From Octopus sinensis (Eukaryota): a stretch of DNA of 64,000 nt. Numbering within the stretch: the first letter of the stretch is position 1; each line of letters begins with the position of its first letter. Shown one piece after another: positions 25,429-37,066 of the stretch. The position numbers and the translations under genes were made by a program. The notes beneath the pieces are model-generated. The model was not told the origin of the DNA and made no database searches. It worked only from the letters and a program-made list of their open reading frames with translations. The DNA is taken from assembly GCF_006345805.1 (NCBI RefSeq), contig NC_043010.1, forward strand, positions 37,634,001 to 37,698,000, in the 5' to 3' direction.

Positions 25429-25708
25429 ATATATAATATATATATTATATATATATATATATATATAATATATATATATATATGTAGGTGTGTGTATGCG
25501 TTTATGCTTCTCTGTTTGTCCCCCAAACATCGCTTGACAACCGATGCTGGTGTATTTACGTCCCCGTAACTTAGCGGTTCAGCAAAAGAGACCGATAGAA
25601 TAAGTACTAGGCTTACAAAGAAGAAGTCCTGGGGTCGATGTGCTCGGCTAAAGGCGGTGCTCCAGCATGGCCGCAGTCAAATGACTGAAACAAGTAAAAG
25701 AGTAAAAG
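25221..25708 (+). mobile_element. SINE-A full copy
   Basis: Same modules. Confidence 0.9.
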
Positions 25709-25759
25709 GGTAATATCTAGAGGGAGGAGCAGCATACCCTCATTATTAATGCTCCCAAT

Positions 25760-26060
25760 GGATCTTTGTGAGTTAATACTTTAGAAAAGGTCGGGAAAGG
25801 CATGTGAAGGGGTTCTAGAAGGCTAGCATTCTGGGAAGAATGGAAGTACTGAACCTAACGATTAGTGCAAGATCTGGAGGGTTTGACACAATAAGAAGCA
25901 TGAGAAAAGGGGAGTCAAATGGGTCGGGAATGTTTGGGCGAATGTAAAACAAACCCATCCAGGCTCCAAGGAGCCGAAGCCTTTATCATAGCGGTTTGAA
26001 AAGGCAGAGAAAAAAGAAAGCACATCTGTAGTCAGCTGCTGGAGCCTATCTGTGAATGAC
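25760..26060 (-). mobile_element. CR1-like LINE 3' ORF2 remnant
   Basis: Frameshifted LQQLTTDVLSFFS..RY..G, SHASYCVKPSRSCTNR, FSTSILPR resemble the CR1 C-terminal consensus. Confidence 0.5.
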
Positions 26061-26799
26061 TGTATGTAAATTAGTTGTTTGACCCTTTTCTAGATGTAAT
26101 CTTAGATATTTGTATGTATGTACAACGGCAATACCACCCCAGATAAGAGAGCACTACTCCATGGTAGGTCTGGCGCGAGTCTTATAAAGCTGTTGCAGAC
26201 TGAAGTTTCTTCCGGCGTTGTTGTTGTTGTTGTTAAGCAACAAGACGGGTAAGGGTGATTAGGTGATGGTCTAGGCTTAGGGGCGGGAGACCCCAGACCT
26301 TGGGGGAAAAAAAAAACTTTGGTCGTCTTGTTGTAGTCGAGGGTTCTTCGTTGACGCCCGACACCACTGGGAGGTGGCCCTCGAAGTCGCTAGAAATGGA
26401 GATCTCCAGGTCCAAATTCTTGAACGGCTTCTTTCGGCGTTGAAGAGAGGGGCCAGTCATTGGAAGACAACTCTTGTTATGGACAGAAACAGTTTTTACT
26501 ATAGACTTCCGCACGGTTTCTGTCTATTAAATTTTTTTCACAAGGCTTTGATTGACTCGTGGGTTATGTTAGGTGCCGTGATGTAGGATCGTGACCAAAG
26601 TTCCTAAAACTCTAATCCTAACTTAACCACACAGCCGTACCTGCATTCAGGGGGGAAAAACCTAGTCAAACCGACCAGTTATTAAAGGTATGCCAGCCGT
26701 GCCCATCTAGCATATTTGAGGTTGACCTGGGGTCAAACGACGTCATTGACGCCGCTGCCACCACCACCACCACCACCACCACCACCACCACCACCACCA

Positions 26800-26880
26800 C
26801 TGTATGGTGAGGAGTGTATGAGCCGCACACTGGTGTACGAGTGGTTCAGACGTTTCCAAGATGAACGATACGAATTCTCT
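26800..26880 (+). mobile_element. Mariner transposase N-terminal HTH remnant
   Basis: LYGEECMSRTLVYEWFRRFQ. Confidence 0.65.
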
Positions 26881-27281
26881 GCTCAACTTTATCTGTGACG
26901 GTCAATGCAACGATCACACGCTACACACCTTCCTTCTAAGCACGGCTGTAAGCAGCAGAAGTGAGCTAGAACGTTGAAACTTAGTGTGCATGCACAGCAG
27001 CCTTTAAGGTCAATCTGTGCGAAGCGGCTTTATTGTGCGTGCCTTAGCTTCGTTACTATGCCAACAGTCAGGATACTTATTGATTTGACCATGTACACAC
27101 AGATATCTCAACAGATCACAAGTCATATATTTTTGTAGTAACTCAACTACTACTGCTGCCCCCAACCCCTCACCACTATTTTAAGAGTTTCAAAACTGTA
27201 ATATAAAACATGTTATGGATATTTTATACTAATTTATTAATATTATTTTAAGATGAAATTTGTATTTCCCCCCTTAAACAG

Positions 27282-27497
27282 GATGTCATGAAAGAATTCA
27301 AAAAGCATCATCTTCTGAAAACCAGCCATTCGAGGGACAAGCTACCAGGGGTTATGTTATTAACTCCTTGAAAGTACTTAGGCAAATTTCTTCGCAAGAA
27401 TGTCTCCCCAATGTAATGTATGGGTACACGCTCACATCATGGTGGGTGAAAAAGGGATGCATTGCAAAGTTTAAAATAGAAGAATGTCATCTTGCCG
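27282..27497 (+). CDS. Exon 2: DUF3011/ADEL-like lectin domain 1
   Basis: Acceptor tttccccccttaaacAG, donor gccg|GTAAGT; 216 bp, phase 1-1, open: CHERIQKASSSENQPFEGQATRGYVINSLKVLRQISSQECLPNVMYGYTLTSWWVKKGCIAKFKIEECHLA; RQxS..C....YG.....W.V..GC.A.F motif. Not in the supplied ORF track. Confidence 0.85.
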
Positions 27498-27519
27498 GTA
27501 AGTTCTACTTTTGATTTAT

Positions 27520-28109
27520 ATTGTTGTTGTCATTGCTGCCGTTGTTTTTGTCGTTGCTGATTTTGTTGCTGTTGTGACTATAGTTGTTGTTGCTATTGCG
27601 TTGCTATTGTTGTTTGATGCTACTGTTGATGCATTTGCTGTTGGTGGATGCTGATACTGTCGTTATTTCGGTGCTGTTGCTGTCGTTTTTGTCGTTGCTG
27701 ATTTTGATGCTGTTGTGACTATAGTTGTTGTTGCTATTGTTGTTTGATGCTACTGTTGTTGTCATTGCTGCCGTTGTTTTTGTCGTTGCTGATTTTGTTG
27801 CTGTTGTGACTATAGTTGTTGTTGCTATTGCGTTGCTATTGTTGTTTGATGTTACTGTTGATGCATTTGCTGTTGGTGGATGCTGATACTGTCGTTATTG
27901 TTGTTGGTGCCGCAGTTCTTGGTGATGCTGCTTTATTTATTTTTTTTGGTGTCGTCGCTGTTGTGCTGCTGCCGCCGTCGTTGTTTTTGCTGATGTTGCC
28001 TGCTACTTCTGTTATCATTATCATCACCGTCATCGTCGTCGTTGTTGCTGTCATTGTTGCTGGTGTCGTTGTTGTGGTTTTGTTGCTAATCTTGTTGATC
28101 CTGAAATTA

Positions 28110-28159
<50 letters not shown>

Positions 28160-28160
28160 G
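27520..28160. repeat. (GTT/GCT/ATT) low-complexity tract with a 232-bp higher-order duplication
   Basis: Block starting gtcattgctgccg at 27529 and 27761. Confidence 0.9.
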
Positions 28161-28720
28161 AGTGAGAGAGCAGTGCATGCCATCAAAGTGACACTGGGGT
28201 AAAATATACGAAGCCCAGTATACCCATCATGACTACCGATCTGATAAGGGTACACTAGGCACTTGCATCACAACCATATGTGCGCGACATGGTGATCTCA
28301 TATCAAAATAAACAGCACATGACCTTGCAGGTAGGGTGCAGTCAGAATTTTCTTTTGGTCGAGTAGCCCATCCCGCTCAAAAGATCTCTGAATAAGGGTT
28401 GTTTAAGGATGTTAACTGAAACACCCATGTTTCCAGAGGTGAATTATTAAAACCCCAAAGAATCCCTCTCAACACATGGCTATGATGCTTCCCCACTAAT
28501 TCTGCTCGTGATCTGAGATGCACACGCATATCGTCAGCCACTAAGGGACATGCTCAACTGGTTAAGGTCAAACAACTGACGAGCAAATCTGTGGTATTGA
28601 GCAGAATATTTGCTGTAGCCCATCTTTTATACCAAGACAAAACAATATACATGATAACACTTCCAATCAGTTAAGATCAGAAGCCATGAGAGCCACTGCC
28701 TGGTACTGCATCAGGGCTAT
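28128..28720 (-). mobile_element. Unclassified retroposed element ending in a (TAA)n tail
   Basis: ~560-bp complex block abutting (ATT)n; no credible ORF; family identity not established. Confidence 0.5.
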
Positions 28721-29169
28721 CATCATCATCATCGCTACTGCTCCTGCACATGGTATTATTCTTGCTACTGAGCAGAGACACATGATCAAAAGCATTCCAA
28801 ACGTGATCCCCCAGGGCCACATAATCCAGTGCATCACACCTTATCCAAGACTTCGGCATGTGATTACGAAGCGAATTAACCGCTGTCACCTCTAGCAACT
28901 GATGCGACCACGCAGAGGCTCCCTCGTAAATAGTTGCCGATTATTTTGTTGCTGTGACTGCTGTTGTTTTTGTTGTTGTTGTTGTTGTTGTTTCTGATAT
29001 TGCTGTTGTTGATGTTGTCGTCATGATTGTTGTGCTGCTGTCACCCCTTGTCCTTATTTTTGCCGCTTTTGTGGTCGCTTAATTCAAAGTCAATTCGGAT
29101 TCAGCAGACCTCTAATCAAAAGGCTTTCCAGCCATGAGCATCCCATCTTTTTTTGATTTTCCATACACT

Positions 29170-29320
29170 ATCCTGATGTATCTTTCGCTTTATTAAAAAA
29201 AAAGAAAAGGAAGTTTTCGATGCCATTTTTTGTTTTAGTTGAATGAGCGACCGTAAAGAGGTTCTGTCTAATCAGCTCGGGTGAATAGTCGGGTGGATAA
29301 AGATCCTTCGATCCATGGTT
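29170..29320 (-). mobile_element. Degraded mariner C-terminal remnant
   Basis: LYPPDYSPEL resembles HPPYSPDL. Confidence 0.35.
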
Positions 29321-29501
29321 AATAAAAAACAAACAAACAAAAAAACACCAAAATGCAAAGACAAAACATGTTGGGGATCTTACTGTGAAGTCCGACATAC
29401 CCGGGGTATTTGTGGTTGCTGTTGTTGTTGATGCTGTCGTTTCAGTCTTCCTGATCCAAGCTCCCCACCAGCTGCTGCTGTCACTACTACTACTACTACT
29501 A

Positions 29502-29561
<60 letters not shown>

Positions 29562-30150
29562 GGTTATCAGCGAAGCGTGAATGCAACCACTCGACCTGCT
29601 CGTAGTAGCAGCCAAATCTCTCCCAACTCATGCGCTATAATCTTAAAAGTAGGAAGAACGTCGGAGAATTTTGTCATGAATGGCAGGATGGATGGGTGCG
29701 CTATGTTTGAATAAAAGGTGGGACAGACGTGGCTGGAATGCTTTTGATCGTAAGTCTATTCAATCATGGTTGGCCTGGGGCTAAACAATTACAAGAACAC
29801 CAACAAGAGAGAGAGAGAGAAAGAGAGAGAGATGGAGAGGTGGAGGGTGGGGGAGTGAGTGAGGAGAGGGTGAATATTGAGGCAGGGCAATGGAAAAACC
29901 TCGTTTTGGCATCCGTAGTGTAGTCAGAAATGTACAGATTTGAGCATTCTCGGCAGATATACCAGCGACAGACTCCGCTTCCTGTCTTACAGGTGGCTAA
30001 TATGTTTGGTTTAGGCGAGGCTTTGACCCATTTGGATAAAGCCAATGGCTTCTACAAGCACTACCGCCCTCTGGTAAGGACACACTGGATAGTTGCCTGG
30101 TATCCCAACAAGTGTATGGGGCCCAGCCTTGCCTAACATTGCCGTTAATA

Positions 30151-30372
30151 CGAGTGGGTGCTGAAAAGTTCCTGGTTTTAAGGGTGTAGCGAAAGGCTTG
30201 GTTGGAGGACCAACTTTCCGTGTCCTTTTGCAGGGTTTAAAAAAAAAAACTGAAGCACCGCTGCAATAAGTGTGTGAAACTGAGAGGGGAATATGCTGAA
30301 TAGAATCATAATTAAGTGAGCCTCCTGTATTTTCTTTTTACCCAAAGTCAGGAACTTTTCAGTACCACCTCG
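30151..30372 (+). mobile_element. Mariner-derived MITE (~220 bp)
   Basis: TA-cgagtgggtgctgaaaagttcctg ... caggaacttttcagtaccacctcg; interior encodes a transposase C-terminal remnant (LKHRCNKCVKLRGEYAE*). Confidence 0.8.
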
Positions 30373-31253
30373 TGAATAAATACTATAGGGTTCAATGCAT
30401 TTATTTGCCCCCTTGGCTTAAATGTTGTTAAGGCAGCACTGCCATATAGGATGAGCCACCGCGCGACTCGGTAGCGGTGGTTCAGTGCTGACGGTTTCCG
30501 ACTCGTTCTCAAAAACTTGATTACTTCGATGTACAGCGGTGGATTTACGTACTCTGTTCGTCAAAGTTGTGTCATCACTCACGCCGTACCTTTACGTTTT
30601 AGTTCTTTGGTCATCGCTGCAGGAACCCAGAGTCCTTGTTGAGATTTTTTCGCTCGAACTGGGACGCAGGAGGGTCGTGCTGGACATCATAGTAATCGTG
30701 ATGGTCTGCACTGTACTGAATAAATATGAGCCGATGACATGAGTACGCATTTAACGAGGACAAACTGGTGAGTTTGTAGTTCGATACGGTGGCAAGTCAA
30801 AGTTCGGAAGCATTTGGGTCTGTGGAGCGAGGGTCATGTTAAGATGCTTGGTCTCGTTTGCGCGTCAAACCTTTTGGTGTAGAGTGCTTGGGATAAGTTA
30901 GATTACTAGCGGGGTTACCAGCGTCACACAGAAATGGGCTGAAAGGAAGCTAAAACAGAATGCACGCGCTTTGATGGCGGATTCATACATCATCCATGAT
31001 GGGTATATTTTGGCGTAAGACCATTAATTTTGGGGAAGGGCTAAGTTGATTACATAGAACCCAGTGTTCAACTGGTACTTGTTATCGACCTCTAAAGGAT
31101 GAAACACAAAATCGACCCCGGCGGAATTTGAACCGAATATGAAAGACGGACGATATGCTGCTTGAATTTTGCTCAACGTGATAACAATTTGGCCAGCCGG
31201 CTGCCTTGTCCATGTTATTTATTACTGCCGAAATATCTTACCTACCTACCTTC

Positions 31254-31313
<60 letters not shown>

Positions 31314-31349
31314 AATACAGGTTACCCGCATTGTTACTCCCCATCCATT

Positions 31350-31395
<46 letters not shown>

Positions 31396-31692
31396 GTATG
31401 TATGTATGCATATATATATGTATGTATATATACATACATAAATACATACATACATACAAGCATGCATATATGCATGCACACACACACGCACGCACACACA
31501 CACATACACACATACACACACACACAGAGTGACACACACACACACACACACACACAGAGTCACACACACACACGCACACACAGTCTCACATACACACACA
31601 CACTCACGGTTGACGAGCGTACGACACATTAAGTTGTATAGAGCCGGATCAAGATGGCATTAAATAAGTAATATATATATATATATATCATT

Positions 31693-33615
31693 ACCCGACT
31701 TTTCGTCTGATGTCACTTTGTCCAACGTCACTTCGTCAAACGTCTTTTGGTCCGACGTCGTTTTGTACAATGATTTTTTTTTGTCCAACGACTTTTTGTC
31801 CAATTTTAAATAAACTCTTTAGAAAACAAGGTGAACATGAAAATCAAATAATAATTGAGAATTCCATTGATAAAATTCAAATAAAATACTGAGGGGAAAA
31901 TATATTTTAAAAAAGTCATTTTAAAAAAAGTAATAAGATATAACTAATGATTTATTATGATCACTTAAATTATGTGTCACACTCTTCAAAAAATCAATTT
32001 TTCTTGTTGACCCATATCCAATGACCAATCTTTTGAGGTGTTCAGTAATTCTTCGACATCGTGTACATGAATTTGACGGATCTCCTCGAAGAATTTTAGT
32101 CTTTTTACTTTGAACGAACCCTTCCTCTTCCTTCAAGAGTTTTGATTAGTTTCCAAATATTCAAATGTGCTCCATCCGCCGAACGCTTTATCGCAGAATG
32201 AAACCCCTCCGCAGCATTATTTATTCTGGGAAGGTCTTGAAGAATACGCTGATTAACATTCCATATAGCTATCGGGAATGTAGGGGGTTCTCTCCTTCGT
32301 CTCTCACAACGTCTATGTAACTCAAGTCGCAGTAAGCCATGAATTCAGTAGGTAGTTCTTCATCGCGTATTAATTCTTCATAGACCTCTTCGACTTCTTC
32401 AACGAGTAGGAAGGCTAATGCTGAAAAACATCGAATTTTAAGACAGAATTCAGAGTCTTTATTGTATTTTTCTTTGGGGCTTTAATCTGCGATTGGCTCA
32501 AATGAATCAAGCATGCAACGGTAGATGAAATAGGGAATGATGAATTAAATACCTTATGAACTGCAACTTCGAAATCTGCTATGAGAGCTAGCGGATATGC
32601 ATTGGGTTGCATAATTTTCAATTGCAGAAAATACAAAGAGCCGTGGAAAACTGCTACCTTTAATTTGTACACGAATGCTTAACAGTTGAATCCACTGTTC
32701 TGGCACAATTTTGAACGTTCCATCACATGCCCATGACGATATGATGCTATATCCTGAAGAGACCTTTCTGATGCAAATACTAGCATGCACTGTTGATCCT
32801 CGATACCCGAATCGTATCTTAGAAACTGTTCGCCATTATCAAGTTTATGATATTCTTCAGGTATTTCAAAACCCGCACTAGCCCATGGATTACCGGGAAA
32901 TCTAGAATTTTTTTCGTCTGCACCTTTGAATAGACCTTGAAAGTACAGGTAAACGAGGAAGTTGAGAGCAATTATTTTCTATTAGTTGCGTAAACTTAGC
33001 CGCTCTTATGCTACGCGAACTTTTTGCTGTTTTCCACCGCTTCATGCTTTATTTCTGCAACTGCTTTTCTAGCATTTAACGAATCTACATCAGCTGGATG
33101 AAGGTACTCACTAGAAAAATAATTTTCGGCTCCTTCTTTCCCGTTACCGTGTGAATTCGCACTGACCACAGCCTTCTTCTCTCCCATCTCCAGCATTCTT
33201 TTCCTAGTTTTGTATTGCTTAAATGAAAGTCGTAGAAGTGATTACTTTCATCAACTACTTTTCTTTTGTTTTTGGTCGATACTCTGAACTTTGTCATTTC
33301 GGAATGGGTAAATTAAAAATGTGTACACTAAATTTGCAGCACTCTCTATACACAGCACCGTACTTAAGAGAGAGAAGGAAAAAGAGAAAGTAAAACTGTT
33401 AACAGAGAAGGAAAAAGGAACGATAATAACAATCCTATAATGTGGCTCGTTATAGTTCTGTGAATATATCATTAGAGATAATTCACCTTGTTTTCTAAAG
33501 AGCTCATTTAAATGTGGAAAAAAAGTCGTTGGAGAAAAAAAAAAATCATCGGACAAAAAGACGTCGAACCAAAAGACGTTTGACGAAGTGATGTCGGACG
33601 AAAAGACATAGCCCC
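31693..33615 (-). mobile_element. MULE/Mutator-like transposon with long TIRs, pseudogenised transposase
   Basis: TIRs ~31700-31848 and ~33480-33608; motifs WACDGTFKIVP, ADFEVA, LIHLSQ, RINNAAEGFH; N-terminal FLYWCH-like KECWRWERR. Confidence 0.85.
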
Positions 33616-34100
33616 ATATATATATGCACACACTCAATTCTCAACCGTTTGTCTATCATATACTTCTTCAGCCTTTCTGTATTTTGCTATTTGCCCCATT
33701 ACTCTCATGAAAGATATGCACAAAATAATCTCTCTCTTTCCCAACCGCTCTTTTTTAGATAGCGTGTTAGCACTATCACAAACCTGTTGAAAAATTTTCT
33801 ATGTTCTATGATCATTCAGGTTTTCTGGATTATTGATTATTTGCTAAATGGCTTCTGGTCTTGATGCCAATATGTTCATAGAGTTTTGGTTCAAATATAT
33901 ATTCGTGCAATACATTAAACCTTCAATGTTTAGGATATTCCACGATTCGACATTGAATGATATTGCGGGCTGGGGCGGGGGATGAGGGCGACGTCTACGT
34001 AAGTGTCAGTCGCTGTAAATGAATGGAATATAGCTTTCCCTTCGGATACGATGATGTGTGACCTGCATAATCAGCTTTCCTAAATGGATTTGTACGAATA

Positions 34101-34285
34101 AGGCGCATGAGTGGGTGTGTGGTAAGAAGCTTTCTTTCCAACCACATGGTTCCAGGTTCAGTCCCACTACGTGGCACCTTGGGCAAGTGTTTTCTACTAT
34201 AACGTCGGGCCGACCAAAGCCTTGTGAGTAGATCCGGTAGAGGGAAACTGAAGAAGCTTGTCGTATATATATATGTATATATATG

Positions 34286-34383
<98 letters not shown>

Positions 34384-34437
34384 TGTATATATATATGTAT
34401 ATATGTAAGTATGTATGTAAGTATGTTTGTATGTAGG

Positions 34438-34468
<31 letters not shown>

Positions 34469-34672
34469 TTGTGTGTCTGTGTTTGTTCATCCCACTATCG
34501 CTTGACAACCGGTGTTGGTGTGCTTACGTCCCCATAACCTAGCGGTTCGGCAAAAGAGAACCGATAGACTAAGTACTAGGCTTACAAAGAATAAGTCCTG
34601 GGATCGATTTGTTCGACTAAAGGTGGTGCTCCAGCCTGGCCGCTGTTCAAATGGCCGAAACAAGTAGAAGAA
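34101..34672 (+). mobile_element. SINE-A full copy with expanded spacer
   Basis: ~210-bp (TA)/(TGTA) spacer. Confidence 0.9.
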
Positions 34673-34818
34673 TGAAATAATACAAATGAAATGAAAAGCA
34701 AAATGGATTTGAAGTTTCTTAATTGGGAGGTTCATCAAAATGAACTTCCAATTTAATGGAATTCGGAATTTAAGAATTTAGGACTGATATCTTAATTGCC
34801 ACTCGACTAAAGAAACTG

Positions 34819-35128
34819 GCACTCCGTCGGTTGCGACGACGAGGGTTCCAGTCGATCCGATCAACGGATCAATCTGTTCGTGAAATTAATGTGCAAGTGG
34901 CCGAGCACTCCATAGATTCATGTACCCTTAACGTATTTCTCGGGGAGATTCAGTGTGAAACAGAGGCCGGCCCTTTGAAATACAGGTACTACCCATTTTT
35001 GCCAGCTAAGTAGACTGGACTAACGCGAAGTGAAGTGTCTTGCTCAAGGGCACGACTTGTCCCTGGGAATCGAACTCACAACCTTACGATCGTGAGCCGA
35101 ATAGCCTAACCACTAAGTCACGTACCCT
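34819..35128 (-). mobile_element. SINE-D (different tRNA head, cccttgagcaagacacttcac body)
   Basis: 3' half homologous to 24490-24672. Confidence 0.8.
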
Positions 35129-35284
35129 CTCCGCACCTTGATTAGATTAGAATTAATTGCCGAATTCCGCACTTTCTGCCATTGTCGTCGTTGTATGTAG
35201 CGTAAACATGTGGTATAAGCATCACTATCTTTCAAAATCCTGCTGCATTCCACATGGAATTTTTGGTCCTCCAAAGTCGTCTTG

Positions 35285-35360
35285 GTGTATAAGTCGACCC
35301 ACCATTTTTTGGCTGTAAATTTTAGCTTGAAAAATTCGACTTGTATGCCGGAAAATACGA
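35285..35360. mobile_element. Isolated pogo/Tc1-type TIR remnant
   Basis: cgacttgtatgccggaaaatacg is the reverse complement of a CGTATTTTCCGGCATACAAG-type end. Confidence 0.35.
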
Positions 35361-35531
35361 GAGCTAATTGGTCTTTTATATTTGACAATTCCCAATTGTT
35401 CCCTTGACCATTCTTGAACTTTTGACTTTAAATGGGGGAAGCTGTGATTATGCTTGCAAAGACGATAGATATTATTTATATTCATGTTTGGAATTATCTT
35501 TTGAAACCTCCGTCATTGTTCTGTGATTCAG

Positions 35532-35759
35532 ATTGTGTCATACGTACTCGATCAGGGAGCAATCCTTATTTCGTCCTCACTTTCCACCCTGCGACACCGG
35601 GCTTTCGTATAAAACTTGTTAGTCTATGGAAGCAGACATCCTACCACCCCTGCCGGCCTGGTTCCACTTTATTCTACAATGAAACGATGTGGTGGCTTGA
35701 CAAAGGATGCGAGGGCAGGTTTCAAATTCTTGAATGCCCCTTACTTCCGATCGATTACG
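35532..35759 (+). CDS. Exon 3: DUF3011/ADEL-like lectin domain 2
   Basis: Acceptor gtgattcAG, donor tacg|GTAAGT; 228 bp, phase 1-1: CVIRTRSGSNPYFVLTFHPATPGFRIKLVSLWKQTSYHPCRPGSTLFYNETMWWLDKGCEGRFQILECPLLPIDY; same 4-Cys spacing as exon 2. Confidence 0.85.
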
Positions 35760-35789
35760 GTAAGTTTTTGGCTCTTTATATACATATAA

Positions 35790-35966
35790 AGGCGCAGGAG
35801 TGGCTGTGTGGTAAGAAGCTTGCTTCTCAACCACATAGTTCTGGGTTCAGTCCCACTGCGTGGCACCTTAGGCAAGTGTCTTCTACTATAGCCTCGGGCC
35901 GACCAAAGCCTTGTAAGTGGATTTGGTAGACGGAAACTGAAAGAATCCTGTCGTGTACATATATAC

Positions 35967-36019
<53 letters not shown>

Positions 36020-36033
36020 GTGTGTGTGTGTGT

Positions 36034-36084
<51 letters not shown>

Positions 36085-36293
36085 ATTTGTGTGTCTGTGT
36101 TTGTGTTTGTACCCCCACCATCGCTTGACAACTGATGTTGGTGTGTTTACATCCCCGAAACATAGCGGCTCGGCAAAAGACAACCGATAGAATAAGTGCT
36201 AGGCTTACAAAGAATAAGTCCTGGGCTCGATTTGTTCGGCTAAATTCGGTGCTCCAGCATGGCGTTAGTCAAAATGACTTAAACAATAAAAGA
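35790..36293 (+). mobile_element. SINE-A full copy 30 bp after the exon 3 donor
   Basis: Same modules. Confidence 0.9.
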
Positions 36294-36599
36294 ATATATA
36301 TATATTTGATCGAGGTGGCAGTCGATTTTCTGAAAGAATCTAGGAACCTATGTTTCCATTGGTTTGGCAAATAGCTGATATTATTCTACAGTCGCAGCTC
36401 CTGGTAGAAGCGTTAATGTTTTTCAGTATCAGAGACGAGATTTGAACATAAATACTCTAAACAATTCCGCTTATCCACCGCCCTGATCTGATATTTGTTT
36501 TTTATCGTGCTCGAAAGGATAGAAAGACAAAGTTGATCTTAACGTAATTTGAATTCACACCGCAGAGAGTCAGAAAAAATATCGCGAGTCATTCTACTC

Positions 36600-36670
36600 A
36601 ACACCGTTAAATTTATTTCATGAGGAGTCAAAATTTTCGTCGCACAGCTGCGACCTTTTCACTGACATAA
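36600..36670 (-). mobile_element. Diverged copy of the same hammerhead-bearing repeat
   Basis: Minus strand tgtca-GTGAAAA-G-gtcgc-agctgt-gcgac-GAAA-attt-tgac; flank accgttaaatt resembles accgttagatt in the 7.3 kb arm. Confidence 0.5.
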
Positions 36671-37066
36671 CTGCAACTACTTGAAACTTTGTTAACAGTC
36701 AATTCTGAATGAGGTGGTTTTTTTCTTTTCTTCCTTTTATTCTAGTTTGAGCTTAGAGACATGTGTGTTCGTTGTACTTACGTACACTGACTCTCATCCC
36801 ATCGTATCATTTGCTAATCGGTTAATCATTTTTAGTTTACACACACACACACACACGCATATATATGTGTGTAAATAAGTATATAGTTAAGTGCAACCAC
36901 ATTTGTAAGTTCATATTAAAGCTTTTTATATTCATTACTATTGCTTACTCTTTAACATTTGTCCATTCAACAAAACATCACAAACACCTCTAGTACCTCA
37001 ATACTTAATTTCTAAAAGTATGTTCCCCGTCTTTGTACACATTAAAGTATATAGCAGAAATTTCTA

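Noticed and set aside
35760-35929. Continuation of the 165-aa ORF past the lectin domain
   Set aside because: Reads through a GTAAGT donor into a SINE
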